Of a stretch of DNA of 64,000 bases, positions 13,067 through 26,473 are shown piece by piece; the stretch's first letter is position 1; every line of letters starts with the position of its first letter. The DNA is from Nemertoderma westbladi (taxonomy: Eukaryota; Animalia; Xenacoelomorpha), in assembly GCA_032718475.1 (NCBI GenBank), contig JAUCBJ010002686.1, positions 36,707 to 100,706 of the forward strand, in the 5' to 3' direction. A model generated the notes under the pieces. The model made no database searches. It was not told the origin of the DNA and worked only from the letters and a program-made list of their open reading frames with translations. Made by a program: the position numbers and the translations under genes.

Positions 13067-13555
13067 GTAAGGAGCGGTGTTAATAAGCTATTTAGTATAA
13101 ATATTTGCCACATTAGAGACACAACGTAATATATTAGAACAGTTGATAATTGTTTTTAGTGAGTACTAATAATTGCAAATGGGAATAAGTTAATCACATA
13201 AAACATTTTCTACCAGTAAAAATTAATACAAAAATGTATACTGTGAAGTTCGCGGAAAGACAACAATCAATAATCAATAATAACTAACATATATTCGTTA
13301 AAAGTTCGATTAGTGTGAAACTGAAAGTATTTATTATACTGAATTTTTTGAAACATTTTTAATTCGCATAATCTATTACAGAGAAATTTAAATTTCAAAA
13401 TATATAAATTATTTTTAGATTAATTATTTGTTTATAATATATTTAATTGTTATTAATAAAAAATATGTTTAATTAATTGTAATTTGGTTAATATTTAAAT
13501 AATTTACAAACTATAAACTTGATTATATCTAATTTTCTTTATCGTACGATTTCAG

Positions 13556-13950
13556 ATCGACGAAGAATTTGGGGAAGAACCGTCGATCCCAGACCACCAA
13601 GTCGTCGCCCCAACGTTCAAGAGTAAACCCCGGGACGTTCAGCTGTTGGAGGGAACCACCATCACGATCGAGTGCCATGTATCCGGGACCCCGCATCCCA
13701 AGGTCACCTGGTTCAAAGACGGACACCCTCTCCAATCCCGGCCCCCTAGGATACGGACAACCTACCGCAACGGTCTGGCCACCCTCACGCTGCAGCCGGC
13801 TCTAGGCGACGACGCTGGCTTCTACACCCTCCTAGCAACCAATCAGGGCGGACCCGTTGCTAGTTCCGCTTGGCTTCTGGTCGATAACATGGACTTTAAA
13901 GGAGAACATCCCAGTCATATGCGCGGCACGCTGAAGGAAATGGTACTTCG
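13556..13950 (+). CDS. TTN: Titin-like exon, 1 Ig domain (Z5-like)
   Basis: tttcag|ATCGAC ... CTTCG|gtgagt; phase 0-2. Confidence 0.92.
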
Positions 13951-14278
13951 GTGAGTCGGGTAAACAAAATAATAAATAAATCAAAATAATATAAATATAA
14001 AATAATAAATATATTTACATAAAAATTTGTCTGCGGGGTAAATCGTGGCTGTGTATATTATGGACCTTTAGTATTCCACATTGAGTTTTAAAAGTTTGTA
14101 TAAAATAATATTGTGATAACAACATATTATAAGGGTATTACACAATATAACATATAAAATTGTCAGTTTAACATTTTCTGTAAAAATGTATTGTTTTCTT
14201 TATTGGTTCTATTTTTCTATTAACATGTAATATTTCTCTAATATTTCTTACTAACACTCAACCGCCCTTCCGTACCAG

Positions 14279-14462
14279 TGATTCACGCGCGCAACGTCGT
14301 TCTACTTCCGGTGAGAGCGGAGTTATGGAGAAACATTTCACTCCCCACTTTACCTCCAAACCCAATCCCCTCGCTGTGAAAGAAGGCAAACTCGCTAGGT
14401 TCGACTGCAGAGTGACCGGGAGACCGATACCGGATCTAACTTGGTACCTCGGAGATCGAAAA
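14279..14462 (+). CDS. TTN: Titin-like exon, N-half of Ig domain (Z6-like)
   Basis: taccag|TGATT ... CGAAAA|gtaagt; phase 2-0; KEGKLARFDCRVTGRPIPDLTWY. Confidence 0.9.
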
Positions 14463-14839
14463 GTAAGTTAATTCTATCATATCGTACTACCTATAGATAA
14501 TAACAATCGTAAAGAGGCTGAGTTATAATCAGTTTATTATCTTTAGTTTTCAATTTATTGTTTAAAAGGAACAGGTTTCATTCTCACCAAAGTAGAGATA
14601 ACTAAACAATTAAATAAGATAAGATAAAAATTTAATATAAATTACAATTTTTTTTGAGTTAAGTGCCCCCCACCCGCCCTTCCCCACACCATATATTATT
14701 ACGTATATGATTCGTAGGTATATTACACACACCCTTCCCATTGTTCGTAAAAGTTTGGATACTAACTGACCCCTTCCCATTCCGAATAGGACACCCCTAA
14801 AACTATAATATTTTATATGGTTTGTAACATTATCCTTAG

Positions 14840-14996
14840 GTAAATCCTGATGCTTTCCATAAAGTTATTGTCAAGGAAGACGGTACTCATTCCCTACTTG
14901 TAACACAAACAACTCCCAAAGACGCCGGAGTTTATACTTGTGTGGCGAAAAATAAAGCTGGCGAGAATAAGTTTACTGTTGAGCTGAATGTTGAAG
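14840..14996 (+). CDS. TTN: Titin-like exon, C-half of Ig domain
   Basis: ccttag|GTAAAT ... GAAG|gtgagt; phase 0-1; HKVIVKEDGTHSLL. Confidence 0.9.
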
Positions 14997-15131
14997 GTGA
15001 GTCTAATAAAGTTGTAGTCTCATTACTATGGTTACCTAAGTTTCCTGCATCTCATGAAATTATGCGAATTAATTTCCAATTTCATTTTTCTATTACATTA
15101 TTTTTAATTTTTCTTAATATTTTTTTAATAG

Positions 15132-15327
15132 CAAAGGGAGTTTCCGTGCGGCCGCAATTTGGTGTGAAACCTTCTAATGTTCGAGTGAAGGAGGGGGAAG
15201 GATTTGTTCTAGAATGCTCTGCTACTGGGCAACCGGCACCGACTATTACTTGGTTGAAAGATAATAAGAGGTCGTTACCTCCATCTGCGAAGACAATACA
15301 AGACCGGGAAAAGGGCATCTTTAAATT
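15132..15327 (+). CDS. TTN: Titin-like exon, N-half of Ig domain (Z7-like)
   Basis: taatag|CAAAG ... AAATT|gttaga; phase 1-2 (donor chosen by phase match). Confidence 0.85.
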
Positions 15328-15435
15328 GTTAGAAAAACCTTAGTATTACAATAATAACGTATATGACAGTTACATTTTTTGCTTTGTTATAGCATATTTA
15401 GTTAATTAATTAATTGACTAATTGTTATGCTGCAG

Positions 15436-15600
15436 AGTTGTCGATAAAGCAAAGAGAAACAATTCAGGGTGGTACACTGTTAGCATTCAGAATGATGCTG
15501 GGGTAGACAGTGCTAGTGTAAAGGTTGTTGTCGACAATGTTCAGGAGTCCATGCCCGTCATGGATGCTTACCCAATAAACGTACCCAAACGGGTCTCAAC
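15436..15600 (+). CDS. TTN: Titin-like exon, C-half of Ig domain plus linker
   Basis: ctgcag|AGTTG ... TCAAC|gttagt; phase 2-2; SGWYTVSIQNDAG. Confidence 0.87.
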
Positions 15601-16394
15601 GTTAGTCCATTCATTTAATTACATCCAATTAATCTTGAAACTATTTTATTCTAGAATTTAGAAATTTGTTGTCTGCTTTCAACATTATTGGCTCATAATA
15701 TCTAACTTTATATTACTACTTACTAAATAATTTAATATAGATAACTTTTGGTGCCAAACAAACAACAAATTTATCATCTTCCTAACTGATATTTTTAGCC
15801 TTGGAAATCATGTGAAATCAAATACAGTAAGCCTACTTCCATGGTGAGAAATTCTATAGACAAAGTGCTGTATATCACTCTATGAACTAAATAATTCAAT
15901 AACGACATATTTATACGTATTTTATTACTGTATAACTCTATACCGTATGACGTGGTTGAGATTTACGTTACATGCGTTCTATTTTTTTCAGGTGAAACAT
16001 CAAAGCATTGGATACCTTTCTTTACTAATTATTGTTTTTGAAAATATTTTATATTTGCTAACATTTCTTTGAGCTTTATTGTTTCTTGTCTTTATTTTCT
16101 CTTCTGAATAAACCATATTCAAAAACTGAGAGTGGACTTTAATTTTAATTTGTTAATCCTTATTGCTATTGAGCTGAATTGACTGATAGTTATTACGGAG
16201 ATGGATGAAACATTGTGATACACAATTTATTGTGTTTAATATAAATTGAATCCTTTTTATAGACAATGGTTTCTTCTCAACGGAGTTATAACAAAGTCGA
16301 GTTAAATATATTATAACATAACCTATAATATGATAATTTATATTTACAATTAATACAAGATAAACATTTGTATTTTTACCAAACTACTCGTCAG

Positions 16395-16636
16395 GTCGTC
16401 GGTGTCGTATCGCTCCGCTTCCGGGCCACCGACCCCTAGCGGCCGAGACGAAACCGATTACTCGATTACCGACGTGGACACGGACTCACAGCAACCGCCG
16501 TCCTTTAAGAAACATTTACGAGTTCCGGAGGCCAAACAGGAGGGCGAGAACGTTCAACTCGAGTGTTTCGTATGTCCCATTGGCGACCCAACAATGGTTG
16601 TTGATTGGTACAGGAATAATAGACCTCTCCCTCAGA
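16395..16636 (+). CDS. TTN: Titin-like exon, N-half of Ig domain (Z8/kettin-type)
   Basis: cgtcag|GTCG ... CAGA|gtgagt; phase 2-1; PIGDPTMVVDW signature. Confidence 0.92.
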
Positions 16637-16759
16637 GTGAGTCATTTGCTTTATATTTATTTAGAGGTGCTTATTTCTGTTTTGTCTGCCCCCCCCCCCC
16701 CCCCCCCCCCTCCCTCTCTGTTATGACGATATAATTTTATTGATTAATTGATATTTTAG

Positions 16760-16903
16760 GTTCGCGAATCAAGGCGGTTTACGAATTCGGGGTTTGTTCG
16801 TTAGATATTGTTGATGTGAAGACAGAAGATTCTGGAGTTTATAGCTGCACCGCCGCGAATAAGTTTGGCGAAGCGACTTCTACCGTCACAGTGAAAGTCT
16901 ATC
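16760..16903 (+). CDS. TTN: Titin-like exon, C-half of Ig domain
   Basis: ttttag|GTTCG ... TATC|gtaagt; phase 1-1; YEFGVCSLDI...DSGVYSC. Confidence 0.92.
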
Positions 16904-17149
16904 GTAAGTAGAATAATTTGTGATGGTATTTTTCGACCCGAGTCCGTTTTTTCAAAGACTTAAAGATTATGATGTTAGTTTTAACTGCCCATTATTATTA
17001 CTGGCTCTCTAAATGATTTAATACAATTTCATATCCAATATTTTATACATCACGTTTTGAGGATTTAAATTTAATTTCCTACTAATTTTTATATGTGTGA
17101 ATAATTTTATTTGATATTCGTACTGATTTTATTGTTTTTGTAAGATAAT

Positions 17150-17880
17150 CTCTAACTAACTCCCCCTTTCTCTTCCCACTAACTCTCACTTTTCTCCCCA
17201 CTAACTCCCCCTTTCTCTTCCCACTAACTCCCCCCTTTATCTCCCCAATAACTCCCCTTTTCCTCTCCCCAATAACTCCCCCCTTCTCTCACCACTATCT
17301 CCCACCTTTCTTCCCAATAACTCCCCCTTTCTCTCCCCTGTAACTCCCCCTTTCTCTCCCCAAAAACTCCCCCTTTCAGTCCCCACGAACTCCCCCTTTC
17401 TATCCCCACGAACTCCCCCTTTATCTCCCCAATAACTCCCCCTTTTCTCTCCCCACTAACTCCCTCTTTCTCTCCCCACTAACTCCGACCTTTCTGTCCC
17501 CACGAACTCCCCCTTTCTCCTCTCCCCACTAACTCCCCCTTTCTCTTCCCACTAACTCCCCCCTTTATCTCCCCAATAACTCCCCTTTTCCTCTCCCCAA
17601 TAACTCCCCCCTTCTCTCACCACTATCTCCCACCTTTCTTCCCAATAACTCCCCCTTTCTCTCCCCTGTAACTCCCCCTTTCTCTCCCCAAAAACTCCCC
17701 CTTTCAGTCCCCACGAACTCCCCCTTTCTGTCCCCACGAACTCCCCCTTTCTCCTCTCCCCACTAACTCCCCCTTTCTCTCCTCACGATCTCCCCATTTA
17801 TCTCCCCAATAATTCCCCCTTTTCTCTCCCCACGAACTCCCACCCTTCTCTCCCCACTAACTCCCCTCGTTTCCCCCATT
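17150..17880 (+). repeat. Degenerate ~21-bp minisatellite (CTAACTCCCCCTTTCTCTCCCCA-like) with a 328-bp internal duplication, abutting the acceptor at 17884
   Basis: Direct reading; near-identical ORF-track peptides at 17224 and 17552 give the 328-bp offset. Confidence 0.9.
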
Positions 17881-17884
17881 ACAG

Positions 17885-18144
17885 CCGGTCGACGACTCAT
17901 CGAGGAATCCCAACTCCCGGACTCTCGTGGAATCTCCGACTTCCTCTCCCACGAGCAGCTGGTAGGGACCGGTCGCCTGGAGGACACGGTAGACGCCAAC
18001 GAGCCGCTCCGTCGACCAGAGTTCCTCTCGCGTCCGGAGAACGTGGATGCGGCGGAAGGGGAAACCGCGAAGTTTACCGCTAGAATATCGGGAAATCCGT
18101 TGCCAAGGGTAACGTGGTATAAGGACAACCAAGTAATTCAAACG
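17885..18144 (+). CDS. TTN: Titin-like exon, linker plus N-half of Ig domain (Z9-like)
   Basis: ttacag|CCGGT ... AACG|gtaaga; phase 1-0; LIEESQLPDSRG, EGETAKFTARISGNP. Confidence 0.92.
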
Positions 18145-18521
18145 GTAAGATTATAATCAATTGACATACATATATACTGGTTTTCATGTAATATTAATAA
18201 ATATAATTTGTTACAATGTTTATGAACACCCTGTTTGGAATATTTGAGTTTATTATTATATGATAATAATTGAAATTGCACAATTCTATTATCACAATTT
18301 TTTACAATTTTTATTAAATCAAATTTTTTGATTTTAAGATTATTTCATGTTTAACTTTTATTTATAAGTTACACCCTTTTACCTCACTTTTACCTCACGT
18401 ACTTTTCAATCACTACATCTAGGCATCACTGCCTATGAGCACAGTGCTTTAAATGCGCAGCCTAGCGCAATCCAGGCTTTCATCCTTGACTATTCGATAA
18501 ATGGGAACTAAGGTAACTTGA

Positions 18522-19390
18522 AAAACAGAGTGGAAGGGTTTGCTGTTAAAGATCACCCATGGTGGTGAACAGGCATTCTATTAGGAAACAGAGTGAAAGG
18601 GTTTACAGTGGAAGATCACCCATGGTGGTGAACAGGCATTCCTTTAGGAATCAGAGTGGAAGGGTTTACTGTGGAGGATCACCCATGGTGGTGAACAGGC
18701 ATTCCTTTATGAAACAGAGTGGAAGGGTTTACTGTGGAGGATCACCCATGGTGGTGAACAGGCATTCCTTTATGAAACAGAGTGGAAGGGTTTACTGTGG
18801 AAGATCACCCATGGTGGTGAACAGGCATTCCTTTAGGAAACAGAATGGAAGGGTTTACTGTGGAAGATCACCCATGGTGGTGAACAGGCATTTATTTCTT
18901 TTGGAAACAGAGTGTAAGGGTTTACTGTGGAAGATCACCCATGGTGGTGAACAGGCATTCCTTTAGGGAACAGAATGGAAGGGTTTACTGTGGAAGATTA
19001 CCCATGGTGGTGAACAGGCATTCCTTTAAGAAACAGAGAGGAAGGGTTTACTGTGGAAGATCACCCATGGTGGTGAACAGGATTCCTTTAGGGAACAGAA
19101 TGGAAGGGTTTACTGTGGAAGATCACCCATGGTGGTGAACAGGCATTCCTTTAGTAAACAGAGTGGAAGGGTTTACTGTGGAAGAGCATCCATGGTGGTA
19201 AACAGGCATTCCTTCAGGAAACGGAGTGGAAGGGTTTACTGTGGAAGATCACCCATGGTGGTAAACAGGCATTCCTTTAGGAAACAGTGGAAAGGTTTAC
19301 TGTGGAAGCGCTGAACATGCATTCCTTTGAGAAAGAGAACGTGAGGATTTACTGTGGAAGATCACCCATGGTGGTGAACGGGCATTCCTT
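18522..19390. repeat. 63-bp minisatellite, about 13-14 copies
   Basis: Unit GGAAGGGTTTACTGTGGAAGATCACCCATGGTGGTGAACAGGCATTCCTTTAGGAAACAGAGT. Confidence 0.95.
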
Positions 19391-19702
19391 GTCTTAATCA
19401 GCCTAAAATATTCTTAAATTTAAAATTTTAAATAATCTAAAATAATCTAAAATTTTGCACTTTTTTACTAAGTGGGGAATGTGAGTATTCACCTAAACTA
19501 AATGCCGCCAGATAGAAAGCCTTAATAAACATTATTCTTAGTAAAGTCTGTCAGTAAATTATGGCAAAGATATCGAGTTGCATACGCTGTAGTCATACAC
19601 CATCCATTATCCCACCCCCATTGTTACTCGTATCTTTGTTCACCTCAGTCTGCTTCGTTCTATTATTTCAACTTAATTACGTATATTTATCACTTTATTT
19701 AG

Positions 19703-19886
19703 ACCAATCGGTTCAAGGTGACGTATGATGGGATACACCACCTAGAGATTCAGAAAGTTCGTCCGAGCGATGCAGGAACTTACCGCGTGGTGGCGACCAG
19801 TTCCCAGGGAGAAACAAATCTGCAAACACAACTCATAGTTCATCCCAAAGATCTTTTCGGAATGAAACTTCGAAACACAAACAAAA
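19703..19886 (+). CDS. TTN: Titin-like exon, C-half of Ig domain
   Basis: atttag|ACCAAT ... CAAAA|gtgagt; phase 0-1; RFKVTYDGIHHLEI. Confidence 0.92.
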
Positions 19887-20140
19887 GTGAGTTTGCGGTT
19901 ATTGACTGCGTTCATAGCGTTGTAAACTCTTGAAAAGTACAAGTATAACCAGCTTTTTTTATAATTTTGCTACGACAAATTAATTTTTCTTTAAATTAAA
20001 ATAATTATTGACGTCTCATAAAGCTCATCAGTTTTGAATTATTTTATCCATTTTATTTATGTCTTGGAATTTACCAAAAATAGGCATAAGGATCTTAAAC
20101 TAAATTACCCGGATAATTTTAATATGAAATTGGCTACTTT

Positions 20141-21424
<1,284 letters not shown>

Positions 21425-22361
21425 GGTAATTGGCTATAAAACTGTAGCCACTTCTTGCACTGTTTTATATTAATTATTCCGATACAAAACTCTGTTGTAT
21501 CATCAATATTAATTAAATTACAATATTATTGTCCTTCCATTTACTTGTTATTCCACAATATCGTCAAACTGCGATAAATTAATTCGTTCGAAATTTTCGA
21601 TATCTCAAGCTCTTGTCCCTTACATTGAGTGGCGCAAGCGAAACCCCATTCAGTGTAGGAATATCCGAATAACCGAACAAACTGTTTTGAGTGGCGGTTA
21701 ATCGATGGTTTGTGGGTTAGAGTCACAGCCTGCACTGGGTACTAAGTAATTATCTCGCCGATAACCACTCAGAAAATTAAGTCATTACCGCAGAATCGCT
21801 CATCTAGCCACGATCCTACTCCATCAAATTATAACCGTTTACAAATGACAGGAAATACGTGATTATCTTCAGTTGAGGTGCCGGTTCCATTAATCCGACT
21901 TAATTATTGATTTTATCAGTCGGAGGTCATCAGCCCATCATGTGTTGCGATGAAGGAAGAATTCCAGATTAGAAGGATTGAGTTGAATGTTCAAGAATCT
22001 AACAGTAATGAAGTCAAAAAAATAGTTTTTCTTATGGTTTTAATTAATCTGTTTCCGATCCCGTATCCTTATCAGTTGCGGCGATATTCTATAATTTTAT
22101 GTTTCTATGGTATCTACTAGATGCTGCTGGGAGAAAATTAATAATGAGAAGAAATAAATAGAAATAAGAATTCCTAAGTAATTATATAAAATAAGTAAAA
22201 AGGCATCAACCTTAAGAGTGGCGCTCTGTTTTACAGGTAACAGCCAAGAGATAGGAATCTTCGCAATGTACACGACACGAGATATAAGCTCCCTGTTAAT
22301 CAGAGATTGCCAACCCATACTCGGGTTTCATAATAATTTAAATGTTGGTTATTTTCTCAAG

Positions 22362-22478
22362 GTTTCGCCACGGGAGATCTCCGCCATATAGAACAATCTC
22401 AAGAACTCCAGGAAGCCTTTAGGAAGAGTAAAGTCTCGTCTATTGAAGTCACCAGACCAACTAGGGAACATGGAGGTG
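22362..22478 (+). CDS. TTN: Titin-like linker exon
   Basis: ctcaag|GTTTC ... GGTG|gtgagt; 117 bp, phase 1-1; IEQSQELQEAFRK resembles titin EESEELRSKFKR. Confidence 0.8.
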
Positions 22479-23255
22479 GTGAGTGTGTAGTCTAATAATA
22501 TTTAGTATGTTAATATCGATTATTTATATTAACAAAGTTATTTATTCAATTTCATGTAGTAAAATCCAAATTATAGTAAACAGTTGTTAGGAGGCGTACA
22601 GCAAATAGATTAAAAATAGTTGCAGATCCAATTATTTATTAACAATTGAATCTTTTGAAGGAAACAGTGGTTGACACCATGTTTACAATATAGAATATTA
22701 TACAGGCGATACAATTATTTTGAAATATTCTACAGTTAACTGAAATGGATATTTTAGAATCTCATCTTCACTTTTTATTACTAATTAATTATTTACAATA
22801 TCAACCTCGGACCAAATGCATGGTAACTTTTGTTAAAGTAACTTGCATCCTAAGTTAACAGGGTTGAGAATGTTACTCAATATAATTCATTATTAACAGC
22901 ATGATTCGATATATAATTGTACTAATTTACAACGTTAATGAAAAAAATAAGTTATGTCTATGCATGGCCTCCTAATATGGACATAAGGGCTATTTTTCAG
23001 CAATATTGATTGTAAAGTTGGAACATAAGTAATTCAAAATAACACTATTGATGAAAAGTGATTCGTATTTTTGTTACAAATTATCTTGTGTAGTGTTTGT
23101 ATACTTCACATAGCATCATACACAACCTGGGAGGTAATATGGGTAGCTAAAAAATTTGGAGGAGGGCGAGTAATCATGGTGGCTAAGGGTGGTAGCTATA
23201 CTCGTTGTAATATAGGATCCGTTAAACTCATTTTGGATAATATTTTGAATCGCAG

Positions 23256-23692
23256 TTTTGTCGAACAGCGGCAGGAGTTCTCCAATGTTTGGCAGTGGGA
23301 GCGACCGTTTCCATGGCACCTCGCCCACCTTCGTACAGCACCTCAGCAACGTGGAGTGCCAGGAGGGTGCGCGCGCCCGGTTCATGGTGATCGTGTCCGG
23401 AACCCCGGCACCGGACGTCGTGTGGTACCGGAACCGCGAACCCCTGAAGACGTCCCGCAAGGTCGACGTCCGTAGGGACGGCTACCGCCACACCCTGGAG
23501 GTACTGAACGCGTTCAAGGTCGAGGATTCCGGCCACTACGCGGCCGAGGCGATCAACTGCCACGGACGCGCGGAGTCAACCGCGACCCTCATTGTTCTAG
23601 GACCATCCCGCCCGTTGTCCCCAAAGGCACAGCCACTCAGACAAACTGTGTTCAGCCAGAGGAGAACCTCGAAGAATGTCGTGCTTTCTTGA
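23256..23692 (+). CDS. TTN: Titin-like exon with 1 Ig domain ending in a stop; probable alternative terminal exon
   Basis: tcgcag|TTTTG, phase 1; complete Ig domain, then ~30 aa tail to TGA at 23690-23692; no good donor after the domain; AATAAA near 24124. Confidence 0.82.
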
Positions 23693-26473
23693 GTCTCACC
23701 TTCAGACTGGATTAGTAGTCAGACGATGGTTTTATAGACTATCAGTTATTAATAGAGATTCGCTTAGTAACACAACTAAATGCATACTCACATCATCACA
23801 TTGCACACTTTCTCTATTGCTTATAACTTAGCTCTTTTCTCTCTATACGCTATTATTGTGCTCTCGTGTGTTGATGTGCTGTATGTATTTCCGTATGTGC
23901 TTGCTTTTGCTTTCTCTGCACTGACTACTTTATTCTCTACTGGCCAAGCTATTGCAAGATTTCTTCTCTAATTCGGCAACCGAACACAGCCTGCAGCAGC
24001 AATTTGAAGCATTTCACAGCAAATTCAATTTTCCTGCTTTATTTTTCGCTTAAAAGTTCCAGATTTTTCCATCGTAACACAATAACATCTGGCAGTTTTC
24101 GCATTCAATGACGATATCCTTTAAATAAAATTTATTATATATTTTAGGTTGTATCTCTCTATAGTTTAACAATTATTAAACGTATCAGTAAGTAGCGTTT
24201 GACTATTTTCGTAACTTACTCGAGTTTTTAGCTATGTTATGTTTGGAACGTGTTTCTAGTTTTTGTAAAACTCCTCGTTCAAATTATTAAGTGTTCTTTT
24301 TATTTATATATTTTGTAAATCTTACTTTTTCACCATAGCAATTAATGTTTAACACATTAGAATTAATTAGAAATCCCTTTTAACTTCGTCACTCGGCTTC
24401 TTATTTCACGCGCGAAGCAAGAGGGAGTGAAAAAAAGTGTTAAACTACTTATAAGCTATTATTTTTTGTAAATTTTCTATATTATAACTTTATATGATGT
24501 AACATGTACTATATTTTCTACTAGTTATTTCAGTTGTTGGATTTGTCGTATAGTTTGGACGAACAGGATTCAATTCAAATCGGTACCCCTTGTTGTATTT
24601 ACGTGTTTTATTTATGTTTTATTTGACGAATATAACGAAATAATTAATTTATCCCCTTTATTTATATTTTATTCTCACATATGAACTCCATAATCATTTT
24701 TCGTTCAACGAATCGAAGTCGACCCGCACTAAATCCCGTAGTAATGAGTCGGACTCAGACAACCGATAAAACCCCAGTTTTTACTCGATCTGAAACTCAC
24801 CCAAGTTTGATGGCTGATTTAGACCATTTATTATCTGTCTCATCGGACGCATGTTGTACGGCGCCTGCAGACGCTGTTCAGATACAGACCTTGAAATCTG
24901 ATGCCTCTGACACAAACAGGTGGTTTATACTCGAATACGCCATTGTTTCAGATTATATTATTCTAGAACACAGAATTTTTAACCAATTCTATCCGCATTC
25001 GATATTTACTAAAATTGAATTAGCGTCTGATGTCAGACGCAAAAAAAGGTTAGCCAGAGTGGTGGGACGTTGCAGAAGTAGCATCCTTGGAAAGTCATCT
25101 TTAGATATAATGAATATATTATTATGAATATGAATATAATTATTATGAATAGCTAGCTAAAATGCAGCTTGTTCAATATTGATAATTGATGGAGCGGTCA
25201 TTTTTTTCAACAGCAACAAATTTTGTTGTTATAATATTATAACAAGTTTAAAAGGCGTTGCAAATCTGATTTACTGCCTCCGTAAATTAATGCAGCAAAA
25301 CTTGTTTTAATTTTTTATACAAATTTACGATCCTACATTCCCAGACATGGTTTAAAGCGGATTTTAATCCCCATATCAATTTGTGGATATTTATTATAAC
25401 GCCAGCTGTACTATTTATCTTATTTTGAAATTTGCTGAACAGAACATTATTAGGCGTATCTGTAGTAAGGATTCGTTTGGAAATCTTTCACGGGTATCTT
25501 GTCATTCCTTAACAACTGATGCAGACACTGTGCAATTGAGCATGCATTGCACAATGCTCACCGTCTTCAGACTCCCGTCCCATCCATCAAACACCAATTA
25601 CTATTACTAAATGACCGACTGGAAGATATTTTCTTTCCCCACATGAATCAATCTTTTCTGACGTTTATTTATTAGCACAGATGCTTCCGGCTTCCGTGCT
25701 CCATTCGTAATTTTCTCAGTATGTTCCCATGGAATAGTTGAATGATTATGATTGAAAGTATTCAACCAAATTATAAAATGATGTCGTTTATAATAACGAG
25801 ATGGGTTTTAATAAAAAACTACCTACTATTATGTTATGCCTGTGTTTAAAGTTGCACTAAATAGATTGCTCTTCCGAGAATTGTAAGACGAACGAGCGTA
25901 GTGAGTGATTGTAAATAAATATACGAGGATCAGAACATTGTGAAGTACTTTTATACTATATCTTATAATGCGCTGGTACATCTACGTAATCTATGTAGAA
26001 AAAAATTTGTTCCAAAATTGTAATATGTAAAAGTGAAATATATGGTTGGAATTTATTCAAATTAATCAGAATAAATAGAGCTTCAGAATAGAAAACATAT
26101 AATTATGAAATATCCAACCATTTAGGACATTTAAGTCGGTCGTTTTAGGGTAGTGATCTCCTACTACCGGGATGTCCGTCTCAGAGAATTTGGGAATAAC
26201 TTAAATAAATTTCCCGTTACAAATTGTTATGGTTATATACTTATATATTTTTTGACTAAATATTAATACAAACAAATATCTTAAATAGAAGATAATAAAA
26301 TCAAAGCAATACGTATGAGTCAATAGGATACAATAAGGTAAAGATACAAAAACATTGGAATAATTTATTTGTAGAAGTCGGTCTTTTGGGTTTTTGACGA
26401 CATAATTCAGTATTAAGTGTCGCTTTACCACATTATCGGCCCAATTTACCGCACAGACAGCACACATTCCCAC

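Noticed and set aside
18559-19314. ORFs with a 21-aa repeat (MVVNRHSF...)
   Set aside because: Translation of a 63-bp minisatellite with frameshifts; the flanking exons 18144 and 19703 join in phase and complete one Ig domain without it.
21920-22390. Candidate extra exons after acceptors at ~21919 and ~22236
   Set aside because: In the required phase 1 both reach stops without a suitable donor; 22362-22478 fits better.
24681-25127. 148-aa ORF as an alternative first exon of the downstream half
   Set aside because: No recognisable domain; the candidate donor at 24919 is phase 2 and does not fit the phase-1 acceptor at 29844. Not excluded without RNA data.
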